From the NCBI GenBank assembly GCA_963693365.1, contig CAVNZM010000004.1, forward strand, positions 9,700,468 through 9,764,467: DNA of 64,000 nucleotides, read 5' to 3'. This document shows positions 29,959-42,357 of this stretch, in pieces. The stretch's first letter is position 1. Every line of letters starts with the position of its first letter. Both the position numbers and the translations under genes were made by a program. Under the pieces are notes generated by a model. The model was not told the DNA's origin and searched no databases. It was given only the letters and a program-made list of their open reading frames with translations. The stretch is from Amoebidium appalachense (taxonomy: Eukaryota; Protista; Ichthyosporea).

Positions 29959-31060
29959 TGCACCCACCTTCAAAGCTCAGTCCCTTCACCCCCGACTTTT
30001 CCATTGCGGCCACCGCCGCCCGATACTCACTGCCCCGTCCGTACGCTCTATTTATAGTAACAAGCCACTTTTCAACCCCCTCCATGTCCATAAACCCCCC
30101 CTCGGTCACGTATTGGTTGTACATTTTCCGAATTGCTTCAACAAATTCCGGTTTCATTTTCCCGTCTGAATCCCGGAAGGTCGAGACGAGCTCTTTGGCC
30201 AGGTAGGTGGGAGGCCGGGTATTCCCGCTTTCACTTTCGTAAATCTCCGAGTAAGCATCTTTCAAAGGCGCAAATGCATTCTTCTTTGCCTTGCTTGTGA
30301 TTTTAACATCCGGGTATGAAATTTCGGTAAATTCAGGCGCTACTTCCCCATTAAGCAAAAGGTGGCCGACCGCTGTGCTATTTTGGGTCTCTCCGTGTAG
30401 GCCACCGCAGCTATTAAAGTCACCGCAAACAATTAATCGCGCATCTGCAGGGGTATGCTTTAACTTGGCAAGATGTTTTCGTACCGTCTCAACTCCATCG
30501 TGTACCTGTGTGCGTGTGCGTGTGTGTGCGTGTGTGTTGTGGTGGTGGTGTCGGTGGGTGGTTAGGGGGGGGGAGGGGGGGGAGGGGGGAAAGGGACGCA
30601 GGGGGGGAGGGAGGAGGAGGGGAGGGGGGGGGGGGGGGGGAAGGGGGAGGGGAAGAGAGAGAGAAGGGTGGCGGGGTTGGGGGGTGGGTGGTGACTGTGC
30701 GTGTGTGTAGGTGTGTGTGTATGTGTGTGGTGGTGGTGGTGGGGGGCGTGTGTGTGTGTGGGGGGGGGGGGGGGGGGGGGGAGGGGGAGGGGATATGTTA
30801 AGTTAGGGAAGTAGACCAATTCCTACAGTTTAGGGAGGGGGACACATGAGGCAGACAGACATGTTTGGATGAAAAGATTCCTGGTCTCCTGTCTGTGTGG
30901 TTGGTAACCTCCCCCACCTACATCCCATCTCTCTTCTCGTACTATTCATTCTTTGGTTGGCTCGAATACACTTTTTTACTTTTTTTTTGTTCGCTCTTTC
31001 TTTCTTCCTTTCTTCTTTTCTTTCTTTCGTTCTTTCTTTCCCCCCCCCTTTTTTTTTTTT

Positions 31061-31103
<43 letters not shown>

Positions 31104-31556
31104 CTGTTGATCTTTTCCAGATATAACCCCCCCCCCCCCCCCTTTTTTTGGGTGTGAACTGACCCGCCTGCTGGCCCCCAAATCTGTGTTACTTTCTTCT
31201 AAAGAACAGAAACAAACATCCAACTAAGCATCCTTAAAAGACACCTATACCAACGAACAAACACATGAACATACATGCCGGCTCATGCACCCACACACAA
31301 GCCAGGCACATTCTTCTCGCCCCCTTAACCTTTCCCCCTCGCCCCGGACCATGCTATTGCGTCCTCCCCAACCCCTGCCACAAATCCTTGTTAAGAGCCC
31401 CACGGGAGGGAAAACGGGAGCAAGGGACAGACGAATAGCAAGGAGGGGCGAGGGTAGGAGGATGGGCAGGTAGGCGGGTGGGAGAATGACTCATTGGGGG
31501 GGGAGAAGAAGGGGGGGGGGGGGGGGGAAGGGGGGGGGGAGGGGGGGGGGGGGAGA

Positions 31557-31592
<36 letters not shown>

Positions 31593-32250
31593 CACACAAA
31601 CAAGTATTGTTTCTGGTGTCGTTGCCAACCTCCCCCCCCCCCCCCCACCACCACCACCACCACCACACACAAACACAAACACAAACACAAACACACATAT
31701 GTGTACGCTACCCCGCTGCATCACCAGACACATCGCACAGGCACCCACACAAACATGATTCCAAGATCTCAACACCCACCTGTCTCAGCCTGTCGGCCGG
31801 GCATGGGCCTGCAGTTAGGTGGCAGTTTATCACCCACACAAGACCCCCTTTGCCCACCTCCCTTAGGCCCGTCACCAGCGTCCTGTCTCTGTGAAAAACA
31901 CCATCGAGTTCATGTTTCCCGGTTTTCCAGAACGTTGCCGAGCGAAACCTATACTTCGTGTGGAGAATGTGGTCATAGCCCAGGCCCTTCATGAAGTCAA
32001 AATCACTCTCAAAACTGTCAGCGGATGCCTCTTGTATGCACACAACGTCTGCGTCATATGCGCTAATTTGCTCTTTGAGTAGACCCTTTCTGAATTCCCA
32101 TGTTCTATGTTCTTCAGGTATCGTTGTGGAGTAGTACTTGTAAACCCACCACCCATCGCTTGAATTAGGAAGAAGTACGTTGTAAGAAAGGAGGGAAAGG
32201 CCGTGTGCGAGTGAGGGCAACTTGGATCCATTGGGGATGAGCTTGGACAT
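28488..32250 (-). CDS. Endonuclease/exonuclease/phosphatase (EEP; CCR4/nocturnin/Angel/PDE12-like) protein with an internal EF-hand-like insert, 3 exons, ~435 aa
   Basis: Exons 32250-31780, 30505-29968 and 28786-28488 splice in frame. EEP motifs LSYNVL, DVVCIQE, NCHL, IVCGDFN, FDYIFY, HPSDHLPI. Confidence 0.92.
29026..29304. repeat. Direct tandem duplication (~153-bp period) bounded by poly-G
   Basis: CTAAGAGTGTGGTCCAGAGC...GAGAGCCCATGGGTGGGTGGGTGGC occurs at 29026 and 29179, and the two copies appear identical. Confidence 0.9.
29339..29627 (-). mobile_element. Two 5'-truncated copies (E 29339-29437, F ~29519-29627) of the intronic structured repeat
   Basis: AAAGAGTATGCATAATAAGCAGAGCCC and GTACGAAGTACA...CAGAGCCCATCC match the reverse complement of copy A. 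Both lie in EEP intron 2, host-sense, each adjacent to poly-G. Confidence 0.7.
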
Positions 32251-32559
32251 GGTGAGAGAAACAAAAAATACAGAACTTGGGGTAGCTTATATACAGTTAT
32301 CACGGAAGTATACGTTTAGCAGCAGCGCTGCCTAGGTCGAAAGGTGTATAGTAATGAGAAATTTACCATGTAGTACTTGAAAATGAAGGACGGCAAAAAT
32401 GCCGCAAAATCTTTTATGATTGGACAAGATGGTATCACAATGTATTTCATTGGCTAATAGCGTACCACCTTATGTCAGTATGTCCTTGGCAATTGGGTGC
32501 CACCACTGTGCCACTGTCCCACATAGGCGGGGTGCATGCACCTACGGCCGGACACACGT

Positions 32560-32982
32560 GACTGCCATGTGCGTGTGTATGTCCATGCCATGGATCATGA
32601 ATTGACTAGTCAGGCCTCATAGTCATGACATGCATATGCAGCGCTCCTGGTGCACAGCGGGTTATTATTATATCACACAGTATGCTAGTGTGCACGCGTG
32701 TAGGTTGTGCAATGGACTCGCAAACTCAAATATTAATTGAATTTCGTGTTCGAACAGATTCTGTCGATGCGTCACAATCATAACATGAATTTGAGTTTGC
32801 GAGTCCATGGCAAAACCTACACGCGTGCACACTAGCAGCTCACACTAGCATACTGTTTGATAATAGCCCGCTGTGCACCAGGAGCGCTGCATATGCATGC
32901 TTCTGACTATGAAGCCCAACTAATCAAGTCATGATCCATGGCATGGACATGTAACACATGTGCGCATGCGAACATGGCAGTC
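32560..32982. mobile_element. Foldback/MITE-like long palindrome
   Basis: Arms of ~170-190 bp (GACTGCCATGT...ATGCATATGCAGCGCTCCTGGTGCACAGCGGG...GGACTCGCAAACTCAAA and its reverse complement) around a ~58-bp spacer. No clear TSD. Confidence 0.8.
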
Positions 32983-33236
32983 TATAGGCTATCGCCACAA
33001 TTTCCAGCCTGAGGATCACCCTTTTAAATTTACCAGCATTGTCAGATGGATTTGAACATGTATATATTACCATGCTCCCAGTCGTCTTCTGATTCGGGCT
33101 CCTTTCCTCCTCACGGTGACAGTGCCACGAGAGGTGGCATCCGTGTGAACACGTTCGAAAGGATTGTCCGTGTGAGCATGCCAAGGTGCCATGACTTTTT
33201 GATGCATAGGCATGTGCTCCGGAAGCCTTGGCGGGA

Positions 33237-33279
<43 letters not shown>

Positions 33280-33730
33280 CGGGATCGACACGAATTCCCG
33301 AACACCCTCTTTGGTGTGGATTAGCCAGGGGGTTTTATACGTACCAGTAGAACTTAAATCGGCTGCCTGGCCAATCCCATATCTTGGTTAAAAAATAACC
33401 TGAACCTAATATTGGCGATTTAGCATCGACCCAGTTGCGATGCATTTTGCCTTGGATCTATTGCTTTTACCAATAAAGTTCAAATAAACAACTTGTACTA
33501 ATAAAAATAAGATGAATATCAAAAAATAACTCTATACTATTAGCCCTTCCAATATTTACCATTGAAAAGGGGTTCTTACTGTTACAGGGGGAACCTTTCC
33601 AAACTTGATCTATTATGGTAATCATATACGGGCAGGTAGTTTGCATATGCTCCGAGGGTACAAGACACCTCCTTCTGGAGCCTCGCGTCTAGGGAAAAAA
33701 AAAAAGGGAAAGAAAGAAAGAAAAGAAGAA

Positions 33731-33763
<33 letters not shown>

Positions 33764-33926
33764 TGGAAACATACTTGTGGATATGGCAAGCAGGGGAAAT
33801 GAACGAAGATCAGAGCAAGAGAGAAAGGAGAGAAAAAGTTTAAGTGCTCATCAGAAATTTAGCTGGACCTTGAAAAATAACTAGATAACTAGAATTTATG
33901 TGGTGACATTTTGTGTCCCATCCTCA

Positions 33927-33964
<38 letters not shown>

Positions 33965-33984
33965 GGTCACAAATCCAAACCACA

Positions 33985-34035
<51 letters not shown>

Positions 34036-34170
34036 GCAACCCAAGATACATTGCTAGTAAAATCTATTTCTAATAGGCGCTATCTGAACACATCAAAATT
34101 GACATCTACACACACACAAGCACACACACACAAGCACACACGCGCACACACACTCTCTCTCTCTCACTCA

Positions 34171-35203
34171 CTAGTTGTTATTGTTGCTGCTCTTGCTGCT
34201 GCTCTCAGATCGTTTTGTCACGAGGCCAACTGGACGGTCCCGTCCGTTCCTCTGTTAAGAAACAACGTGGGGAGATAAGTGCGTGCACGTGTGTAAAACA
34301 TTTCACCTGAGAGGCTCTCCATCAGAACCACCCAATTCTGTGAAGTGAAGATACAACGGGCCAAAGACTGATCTAGTACTAGCACAGGGAGGAGGAGGAG
34401 GAGGAAAGAGGAGGGGGGATGTGAAGCAGCATATACCTTAAGGTACAGTCCACATGCGTTGCACAGCCAGCCAGTTGTTGCGCCCATCCTCCAAGTACTC
34501 GATATCTCCGTGCGGCACTGCTCATTGCTGCACACCTTAACCGGCCCATCAGATGCTGCACGTGTGCTCTCTCCCTTAACCACTGACGTGCGCCGCTGGA
34601 TCTTGACCTTGCCGCTGCGTTCCTTTTCCGGCGCGGTGTTGCCTAAAAAGGGATCAAGAAAAGGGGTTGCCACGTTAATGTCAGGTATTTCTTTAAAGGT
34701 TTCTTTAAAGACACGAACCTGGCCCTCACAACTTATCGTGACTGAAATAGGCCATTCTCAAATATTCAGTCCCCCCCCCCCCCCCCCCCCCAAAAAAAAG
34801 GGGGGGGGGGGGGGGGGGGTTGAATGCGGAACACGGTACGAAGTACGCATACACGAAGGACACATGCAAAGGCAAACATTCAAGTATGCAACATAGCCAT
34901 GCGCACAGTATGCGTCATAAGCAGAGCCCATCCTCAGGGAGGGCCCAAGTCATCAATTGCGTCTGAGTTTCGACCCCTTAACCCGCGTATATACGACTCT
35001 CCAACTCAGACAGCAGCATCAACTGAACTTGGGAGGGTCAACCCGTCTTGATCAAAGACGAGCAGGGTTGCTTATGCAAGCATGGTGAGCAAATCGGTGA
35101 ATATGTGTGTGCAAACTAATGCAGTGCAGCGAAAAATGCGTATGTGCTTACAGATGCACGACACAGAGCAACCATGCCCGGTTGCATGGAAGTAAATCGG
35201 TCT

Positions 35204-35248
<45 letters not shown>

Positions 35249-36052
35249 AAGCACACACCTGGCACCGAGATAGATTATTTTGGTGGGTGCACGTGCAACA
35301 GCCACCCACAGACTTAAAACCAAGACCTGGCAACCAGACACACACACACACACACACACACACGCAGGCATGCAGTCACACACACACGCACACACACAAG
35401 AACCTACCAGAGATGTCCATGGAAGAGTCACGAGGGGAGCATTTGATATTGTCCTTTGAACCGCTAGTCCATGAGGGTTGGTAGGGCCGTGGACGGACAT
35501 CTTCGTTTTTGCGCACACGTGACTCACTCTGCACGGGAGAAAGGCAGAAGTGTGTAAGTGTGTAAGTGTGTTTGTGTGTTTGTGTGTGTGTGTGTGGTGG
35601 GGGGGGGGGGGGGGGGGGGAAGGGGGAGGGAGGGAGGGAGGTAGCAGAAAAAACAGAGGAGAAAATGGCTGTGTGCCAGCGTGCCCAATGTGTGTGTGTG
35701 TGGTTGTGTGTGCAAAAAACCAAGCATGACACGTGATGCTGGAACACCCTCTTATGCCTAGTGCATTGTGTCGTAGTGGTGATGATTTGTTCCTAATATG
35801 GTGCACACTGGAGCACACAGTAGAATTCGGCATCTTCGGAAAAGGATCGTCGTTAAAAAGTCAACCCTTTCTCCCCCCCCTCAAGCTCACAAACAAACAA
35901 ACACACACACCTTACCACCACCACCAACAAAAACGTACATACCCCATCTTCTTTCTTTCTTCTGTGTGTGTGCGTGTGTGTGTGTGTATGTGTGAGTGTG
36001 TGCGTGCGCATGTGTGTGTGGATGGATGAGCTGGGCGTGTGTGTGTGTATGT

Positions 36053-36098
<46 letters not shown>

Positions 36099-38542
36099 CA
36101 AACCTTTGAACGCTCCCTCGGCTCCAGCTTTGGTGGGGCCATTGTATACTCAACCGTGTCGCTGTTGGGGTTCTCAAAAGTTCCTGCACACTCAGCAGTT
36201 AGAAAACGGTCGGAAGGTGTTGGCGATGGTGGTGACGTGGTCTTTCCTTTTTGGGCTTTTTTGGGGGGGTTTTTTGTGTTTGAGAATAAACCAAGGAACA
36301 GGGGCACACCGATATGGCAGAATGCAGCGTAATACCATGGAAAGGCAAACCCACCTTTGGAAACAGAAATATCCCGCTGTTATAAGCACAAAGTAAAAGA
36401 ACGCCACAACTATTGTTTCTTCCCCATCCTCTCCGTTGTGTTTGCCGAAACAGAAAGCGGCCGAGTAGGGCATGGTGGGTAGGTGTGCAGGGTTCTTGTG
36501 TGCTCCTTGAGGTGAAGTGAGTGGTGGTGGCATGTTGTTTTGTGAGCACGGGGGGAGAGGGGGTAGGGGGGGAGAGGGGGTAGGGGGGAGGGGGGGAGGG
36601 GGGAGGGCACATACCCTCGTCGAAGCACACAGACACCGCACGCTGCTTGCTTGAATGCGCACCCTGCAAAGCGGGATGTGTGCCAAACATGATGTATTCC
36701 TCATCCCCATGCCCGGAATCCGCCTGCGTGGGGCTCAAATCCGCCCACAGCACGTCTGCCTGCGCGCTACTCTGACGAGGTAGGGCCGGCCTAACCCCTG
36801 TGTTTTGGTTCGGGGAAAACATGCTTGCAGTTTGCAGGTCCCCCATGGAATTAACCATAGACTGAAACGACCCAATGTCGCCGGAAAATTCCGGAAGCCC
36901 GGAAGGATCGAACCCCCCCACCCCTACAATCGAGGAGAAGTCATCCAATAGGGAGACGGATTGCGAGTGCGTGAGCGAATGGTTGCCGTGCGTTACCGTC
37001 TGCTTGAAACCGAGAGAGGGTTCGGAACCGAAGTTAAAAATAGCGTTGGAGGGTGCTTGCTCGAACGTCATTGGACCGCTCACACGGTATTCGTCCAGCG
37101 TGCTGGTCTGGTCGCTTGGCGCAAGGTTTGGAGCCGATTTGGGGCTTACCAATAGACCGAAATCGGCAATCGACGAATCTTGCGATTCGCAATAGGGACA
37201 TGGCTGGGTGGGATGGCGGCGCATTGTTCTGCTGGACAGAGTTGTCAAAGAATCCCGGGTCCGAATTGCAGTTTACAAGCGGCGTGGGGAGGGTGGCGCA
37301 CCGAACGAGGGGCCTATTGGGCCGTGGTGGGGAGGGTTGACGGGGTTGGAGGGGGTTCGAGGGGGAGGCCTTAGGGGATTGCTTGATGTCGGTCTGTTCA
37401 TCTCCAAAAAGGAACATATCCGTAGTCGTGTTGAAGAGTTTTGCGCTTTGTGGCGCCTGCGGCGGGAGAGAGGCCGGGGATATCATTGAATACGAAGTCT
37501 CTGATTGGGCCCTGTGTGCCTGTTGGTGGTGGCTGGGTCCCGTGAGGTCGATAGTGATTGGCTCCAGCTGCGTGGGGCCAGGAATCCCAAAAAGGAAACT
37601 CGGTTTGTTTTCGTTGTTGCCGTTCATTCCTTGGGGCAAGGAAGAAGGCGGCATTTGCTGCGGAACATAGGAAAACGAGCCGTTTTGCTGCTGTTGTTGC
37701 TGCAAAACCACCGCATTGGAAAACTCATGCGCAAGCGAAAACCCCGTTGATGCACGTCTTGGTGGCTGCCCAACACTGACGTTCATAGGGCCCCCGGCAG
37801 TAAAAAATGTGTCTGCAGATGGGGACATGGTAACGGTGAGATTCCCGTGCTGCTGTGGTTGCATCGGTGACATGTGGAACGGTTGCTGCGTGTGCTGCTG
37901 GGCCGGTTGGGTGGGAGAGACCATGTGCTGCTGTGGTTGTAGGTTCTGGAACGAGGCGCTCTGCTGGAGTGGCAATGCCCCCGATGCCACTGCTTGGTGC
38001 TGAGAAAACTGAAAGACCTGCTCTTGCTGTGCTGCCTGTGCATGTTGCTGTTCGTGGTGTTGCATCTGCTGTTGCTGTTGTAGTTGCTGCAATTGCTGCT
38101 GGAACTGGAACATTTGCTGGCGTTGCTGCTCCTGTTGCTGTGTCGCATCTTGCTGTTGCTGCTGCTGTTGCATGGCAGCCTGGTATACCTGCTGGCTTTG
38201 TGCCTGTGCTTGTTCTTGCTGCTGCTGCTGTGTTAACTGCTGGTGCTGCTGCTGCAAATAAACAAGATGCATCGCTGCATACACATTCCATGGAAGCCCC
38301 TGAATGGCCGGAATGTTTCCTACTTGTGCTCCAGGTGGTAGGGAGACAGGGATCAACGAAGGATAAACGGGAACGGTGGTGACACCAGCATTACCGCCCA
38401 CTGGCGTAAATTGTGCTGTTGCTGGTGGCTGGACGTTTTGCGCAAAAGGCACGCTCCATCCTTGAAGTCCGCTTGGAACGGCAAAGAATTGGCCGTGGTC
38501 CTCTTGACCTTGGACGATCATTGCTGGAGTTGGAAGAGCCAT
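34171..38542 (-). CDS. Glutamine-rich GATA-type zinc-finger transcription factor with an apparent frameshift near 37195
   Basis: Large exon from ~38575 (first ATG 38542) to 36615, then exons 36183-36104, 35528-35408, 34642-34437 and 34251-34171. Spliced finger CSNEQCRTEISSTWRMGATTGWLCNACGLYLK-RNGRDRP; polyQ N-terminal half. An acceptor at 38576 implies a further upstream exon. Confidence 0.82.
34820..35080 (-). mobile_element. Intronic structured repeat, diverged near-full copy C
   Basis: Reverse complement shares GCATAAGCAACCCTGCTCGTCT..GATCAAGACGGG, GGTCGAAACTC, CCCTGAGGATGGGCTCTGCTTAT and CGCATTCAA plus poly-C. Lies in a GATA-gene intron, host-sense. Confidence 0.85.
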
Positions 38543-41506
38543 GTTGGCTGGAGAATACAAAGGATGGTGGTGACCCTGAGGGGAGAAAGATGGTTGAGAG
38601 CTAATTCTGACTCAGGATTAGTAGGTAGGTGTGTGCAGCATGGGTATGGGTGTGTATGCTTGTGTGTGTGCGTACGTGTGTATGCAGATGTTTCGCTCAG
38701 AGGTTTGTTTCAATCAGGCCCCCTGTTCTCTTTACCTCTCACTACAACCACAGTGAATCGAGCTCACATCTGAGAACCTAGTCGAAAGGCAAGTGCCAAC
38801 CATCTGAAAAACGTTCTTACACAAGTATATCGGGACTGCACAGAGTCTGCAGTAAAAGTTAAAAACCAGAGTAGTACACACACGTAATCCGGGGAAGAGT
38901 CTGTGCAGAGCTCGTATGTACCAATACCCACAATTTTCAGCAACAGCCAAACCACATGCCTAACCAGAAAGCCGATGGGGAATTGGAAAGCCTGCAGTTG
39001 TTTCGTTGTTTACGTTACACAGAACAAGCCTAAAAGAGGCTACACTATAAAACAGAATGTGAAACCAGAAGCCGAGAAGCATAATTCCTCCTCTGTATTT
39101 ACTACCCTGCGAAATGCAAAGCAAACAAACAAAAAAGTGGTTTGTAGAATACAGGACACCAAACCAGCTACTTTGAACAATTAACCACTACGCACATAAC
39201 AAACACAAACTCCGTGTGTTGGATATTATAATAGGCCTGTTCTTCCCCGTGAGCAAGCGTGGGTGGACATGCGTAATTGCGCAAACCGGGGCAGGCCTTG
39301 TGCGTAACACCACAACTGCACACACACACACAAACACCCACACACACACACAGCAACAGACAGACAGAGACATACACAGACAAGTGCTCTCAGGGCAAAA
39401 GCATGCACAGTAAGTCTGCCGGGCACAGGGGCACAAGAAACCACCAAGACACTACACAAATGTGAATAATAAGCATGGCTCTAGCATCCAAACACTGCAA
39501 TACCAACCACTTAAGCATGTAGGGAAAGCTGTCCTACACACAAGCACACATTCACACCAATACACACAAAAAACGAACAAATCAAACCCATACGGTTGCA
39601 CCCAAGCACGCACGCATGCATGACAAAAGCACACACACACACACAGGCACACGTGCTGACTCAAAGGCACACGCAGACACAAACCACCAGCAACGACAAA
39701 ACACATTTTCAGCCTTGTGCTTACCGTATGGTACGCGTGAACAGCAGAGGTGGGCTTATGGCATTTCGTACACTTGGTGCTACAACGGTATTGCGTGTGC
39801 AGTACTGAAAAGTTTAGTTCTCTAAGATAAAGTAACACGTCGAAGGGTAGAGTGAGTGACCAGGACAGGGTGTTAGACGTGTGTTTGAGAACGTCTCAGG
39901 TAAAATGATTGATTAGAAGCTCAACCCACTCTTGCAAATTTCGTACAGAGGTTTGGATGCTCAGATGGAACCGAGCTCTAAGAAATAATGGGGAGCTTGA
40001 GTGTGACGATGTTGGGTAAAGGAGTGAGGAAAACGGTACTCGTTACAGTAACGTACCGGCTGGCCTATACTTCGCAAACCTATATTTTGCGTAACTTTGA
40101 CAAAGGAAGCTGACGGCAGCACAAACGCTGCACGTTACACACTTTTTCTACCTGATACAAACTACAGTAGCAGCACCCTCTACGAAATTTGTGAAAGACC
40201 AGGACCGTCTGAGTCACTAAGTTAGCATCGAAAAAGCCAGAGGGTGGCTGGCCGGAGGGAGGGATCCGGAAAAAGTCACAATGCTGGCCACAAACACTGC
40301 GTGTCCCGGCGAGGCGGGGCTCATGAGCCTGGTGGGTGGCTATCAGGAAGGGGGTGCCATGCAAATTAGGGGGATCTTTTTTGTCCTTTTGTGATGTTTC
40401 CCGTTAAATTATCCACGAGCCACTAAGAAGACAACAAACCTGCAGTGCTTCTTTTTCCTAAAAAGTAATCAGCATGTTAGCTAAATTTATTCTTTTTGCA
40501 ATTATAAATGCAATTAAAGAAAAATTAAAACTTCTAAAGATATGTTTATCATTATTTGTACAAATCTGATACTAACAGCCTATGATTTTCTATCTAGAAT
40601 CAAGGGTATCCATAACGGACTATCAATTTGTATTGGAGGATATGGTGGGGGCATAATAAAAGAGCCGCTGCTTTCTCACGCTTCTATTGGTAGGACATCT
40701 GCGTGGCTGACTGTCGCCATTCGGGCAACTGAACCAATAGGAAGCTCTACAGGTATGTGTAGAGAGCTAGCCAATGAAATAAGAATCTCGAACAAAAAGG
40801 AGGCAGTGCAAAAAAGGAACGCGTTTTTGATCGGTGGTGTTAAAAAAGGAAGAAAATGTCTAAATGTGTCAAAAAACTTGCCTAATGGAGTGCGTAAATA
40901 GGGTTTTTGTTAGCTAAAAAAAATTTTTATTACATAGAGGTTAAACAATGAACTGCGACATTCGAACCTCCAACAGCTGGCACAAAGGATGAAGTGGCGA
41001 GGGCGGCTGAGGCCGGGTGGCCATATGGCTGTAGCCGACATGTAGCCAGCCTACAAATTAATGGCCGCGTTTTTCTGGACCCCACAGGCAACGATAACAC
41101 AGTGAGATTTGTATACAGTCGATAATAATTTGTTCTCTTGTGTCTGTCATTTTTGCGTGTGTGTGTGTGTGTGCGTGTGTGTGTGTCTGTTTTTCTGAGC
41201 ACCTGTACATCTGTACATCACTGATACCTGAACTCAGCTGACCTGGGCCCGTGCGCCGCAAGCGCTGGCGCATGCTCCGGGCTCCCCGGTTGTGGGCCCC
41301 ACTCGTGGCACAATTTCAAACCCCGCTTATAAGAAGTTCATTAAGGGCTTTATGTGACCTTATTTCGAAAAGCACAGCATACATCGAGGTTTGGCAAATT
41401 CTCAAGTCAAATCCCTAGTGAAAACGTTTAGTATTGTAAAGCAAAAAAACGTTTTGCGTATAAAATTATTACAGGACTCCAGGAGTCTGCATCTACCAAC
41501 TTCAGT

Positions 41507-42357
41507 GGACCTGTGTGATCGGCTCGCCGCCGGGGGCTCGTCGGCCGTTGGTATGCGGTCAAATTCCTCGTATCAGTTCAACGATCTGTGTGATTAGACC
41601 TGGCGGGGCCCATCGCCACCCCGACGAGCCTGTCGGCCATAAAATGAGGTGTCGATTTCCATCCCGTCAGGGCTCGTCGACAATTAACGCTGATTGGCTA
41701 AAAGTTTTGGCGCGCTTAACATTGATTGGCTGTTTTTGGCGGCAGAGTTCACCCAGCCTTCATAAAGCAGCGACGCTGGCGGTTGAGGTCAGTTTGCATC
41801 GCCCGTTTTTCCAAATAACACGACACCGCAAACATGAGTCAGCCTCAGTACACTGCACCCCAGCTTCGTGCCATTATTACGAGCGCAGCTGGGTATGACG
41901 GTTGGATGGAGGAGCTGGCCCGTCTGGCTCGTGACCATGGCCTCTTTGACGGTCTGGTGGATGAGAATGGGCTCCCCCGGCGTGAGAGTTCTGTAAAGCC
42001 ATGTTATAGCCGGCATTTACCAGAGCCGTAACAAACCCTTCCAACAACAGCAAACATGATTGAGCAGCTGATGTTATAAACAGCATGTACAGCTTTACAA
42101 GCTCTTCTTCTGAGGGTGGCCACATTTTCTACTAATTTCTCGCCCACTTCGAAAGATGCTGAGAAAAAAACTGAAAAAACTGAGACAAAAGAAAAGCTGA
42201 AAATAGAAAAAACGTTCCCGAAAATGTGACAGGCCCGGCTGGGTCGCCGAGCTTGACCGGCCCGTGGCTCACGCATCTGTCCTGCCGACAGGCTGGGCGG
42301 AGGCGCCGCCGGGCCTATCGACATCTGGCCCGGGCAGCGGGCTGATCACACAGGTCC
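41507..42357. mobile_element. Non-autonomous DNA transposon (MITE/deletion derivative), 851 bp, ~28-bp TIRs, AGT target duplication
   Basis: Left end GGACCTGTGTGATCGGCTCGCCGCCGGG; right end (reverse complement) GGACCTGTGTGATCAGCCCGCTGCCCGGG. AGT on both flanks (alternatively read as a CAGTG TSD). Additional subterminal inverted motifs, e.g. AGCCTGTCGGC. Confidence 0.8.
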
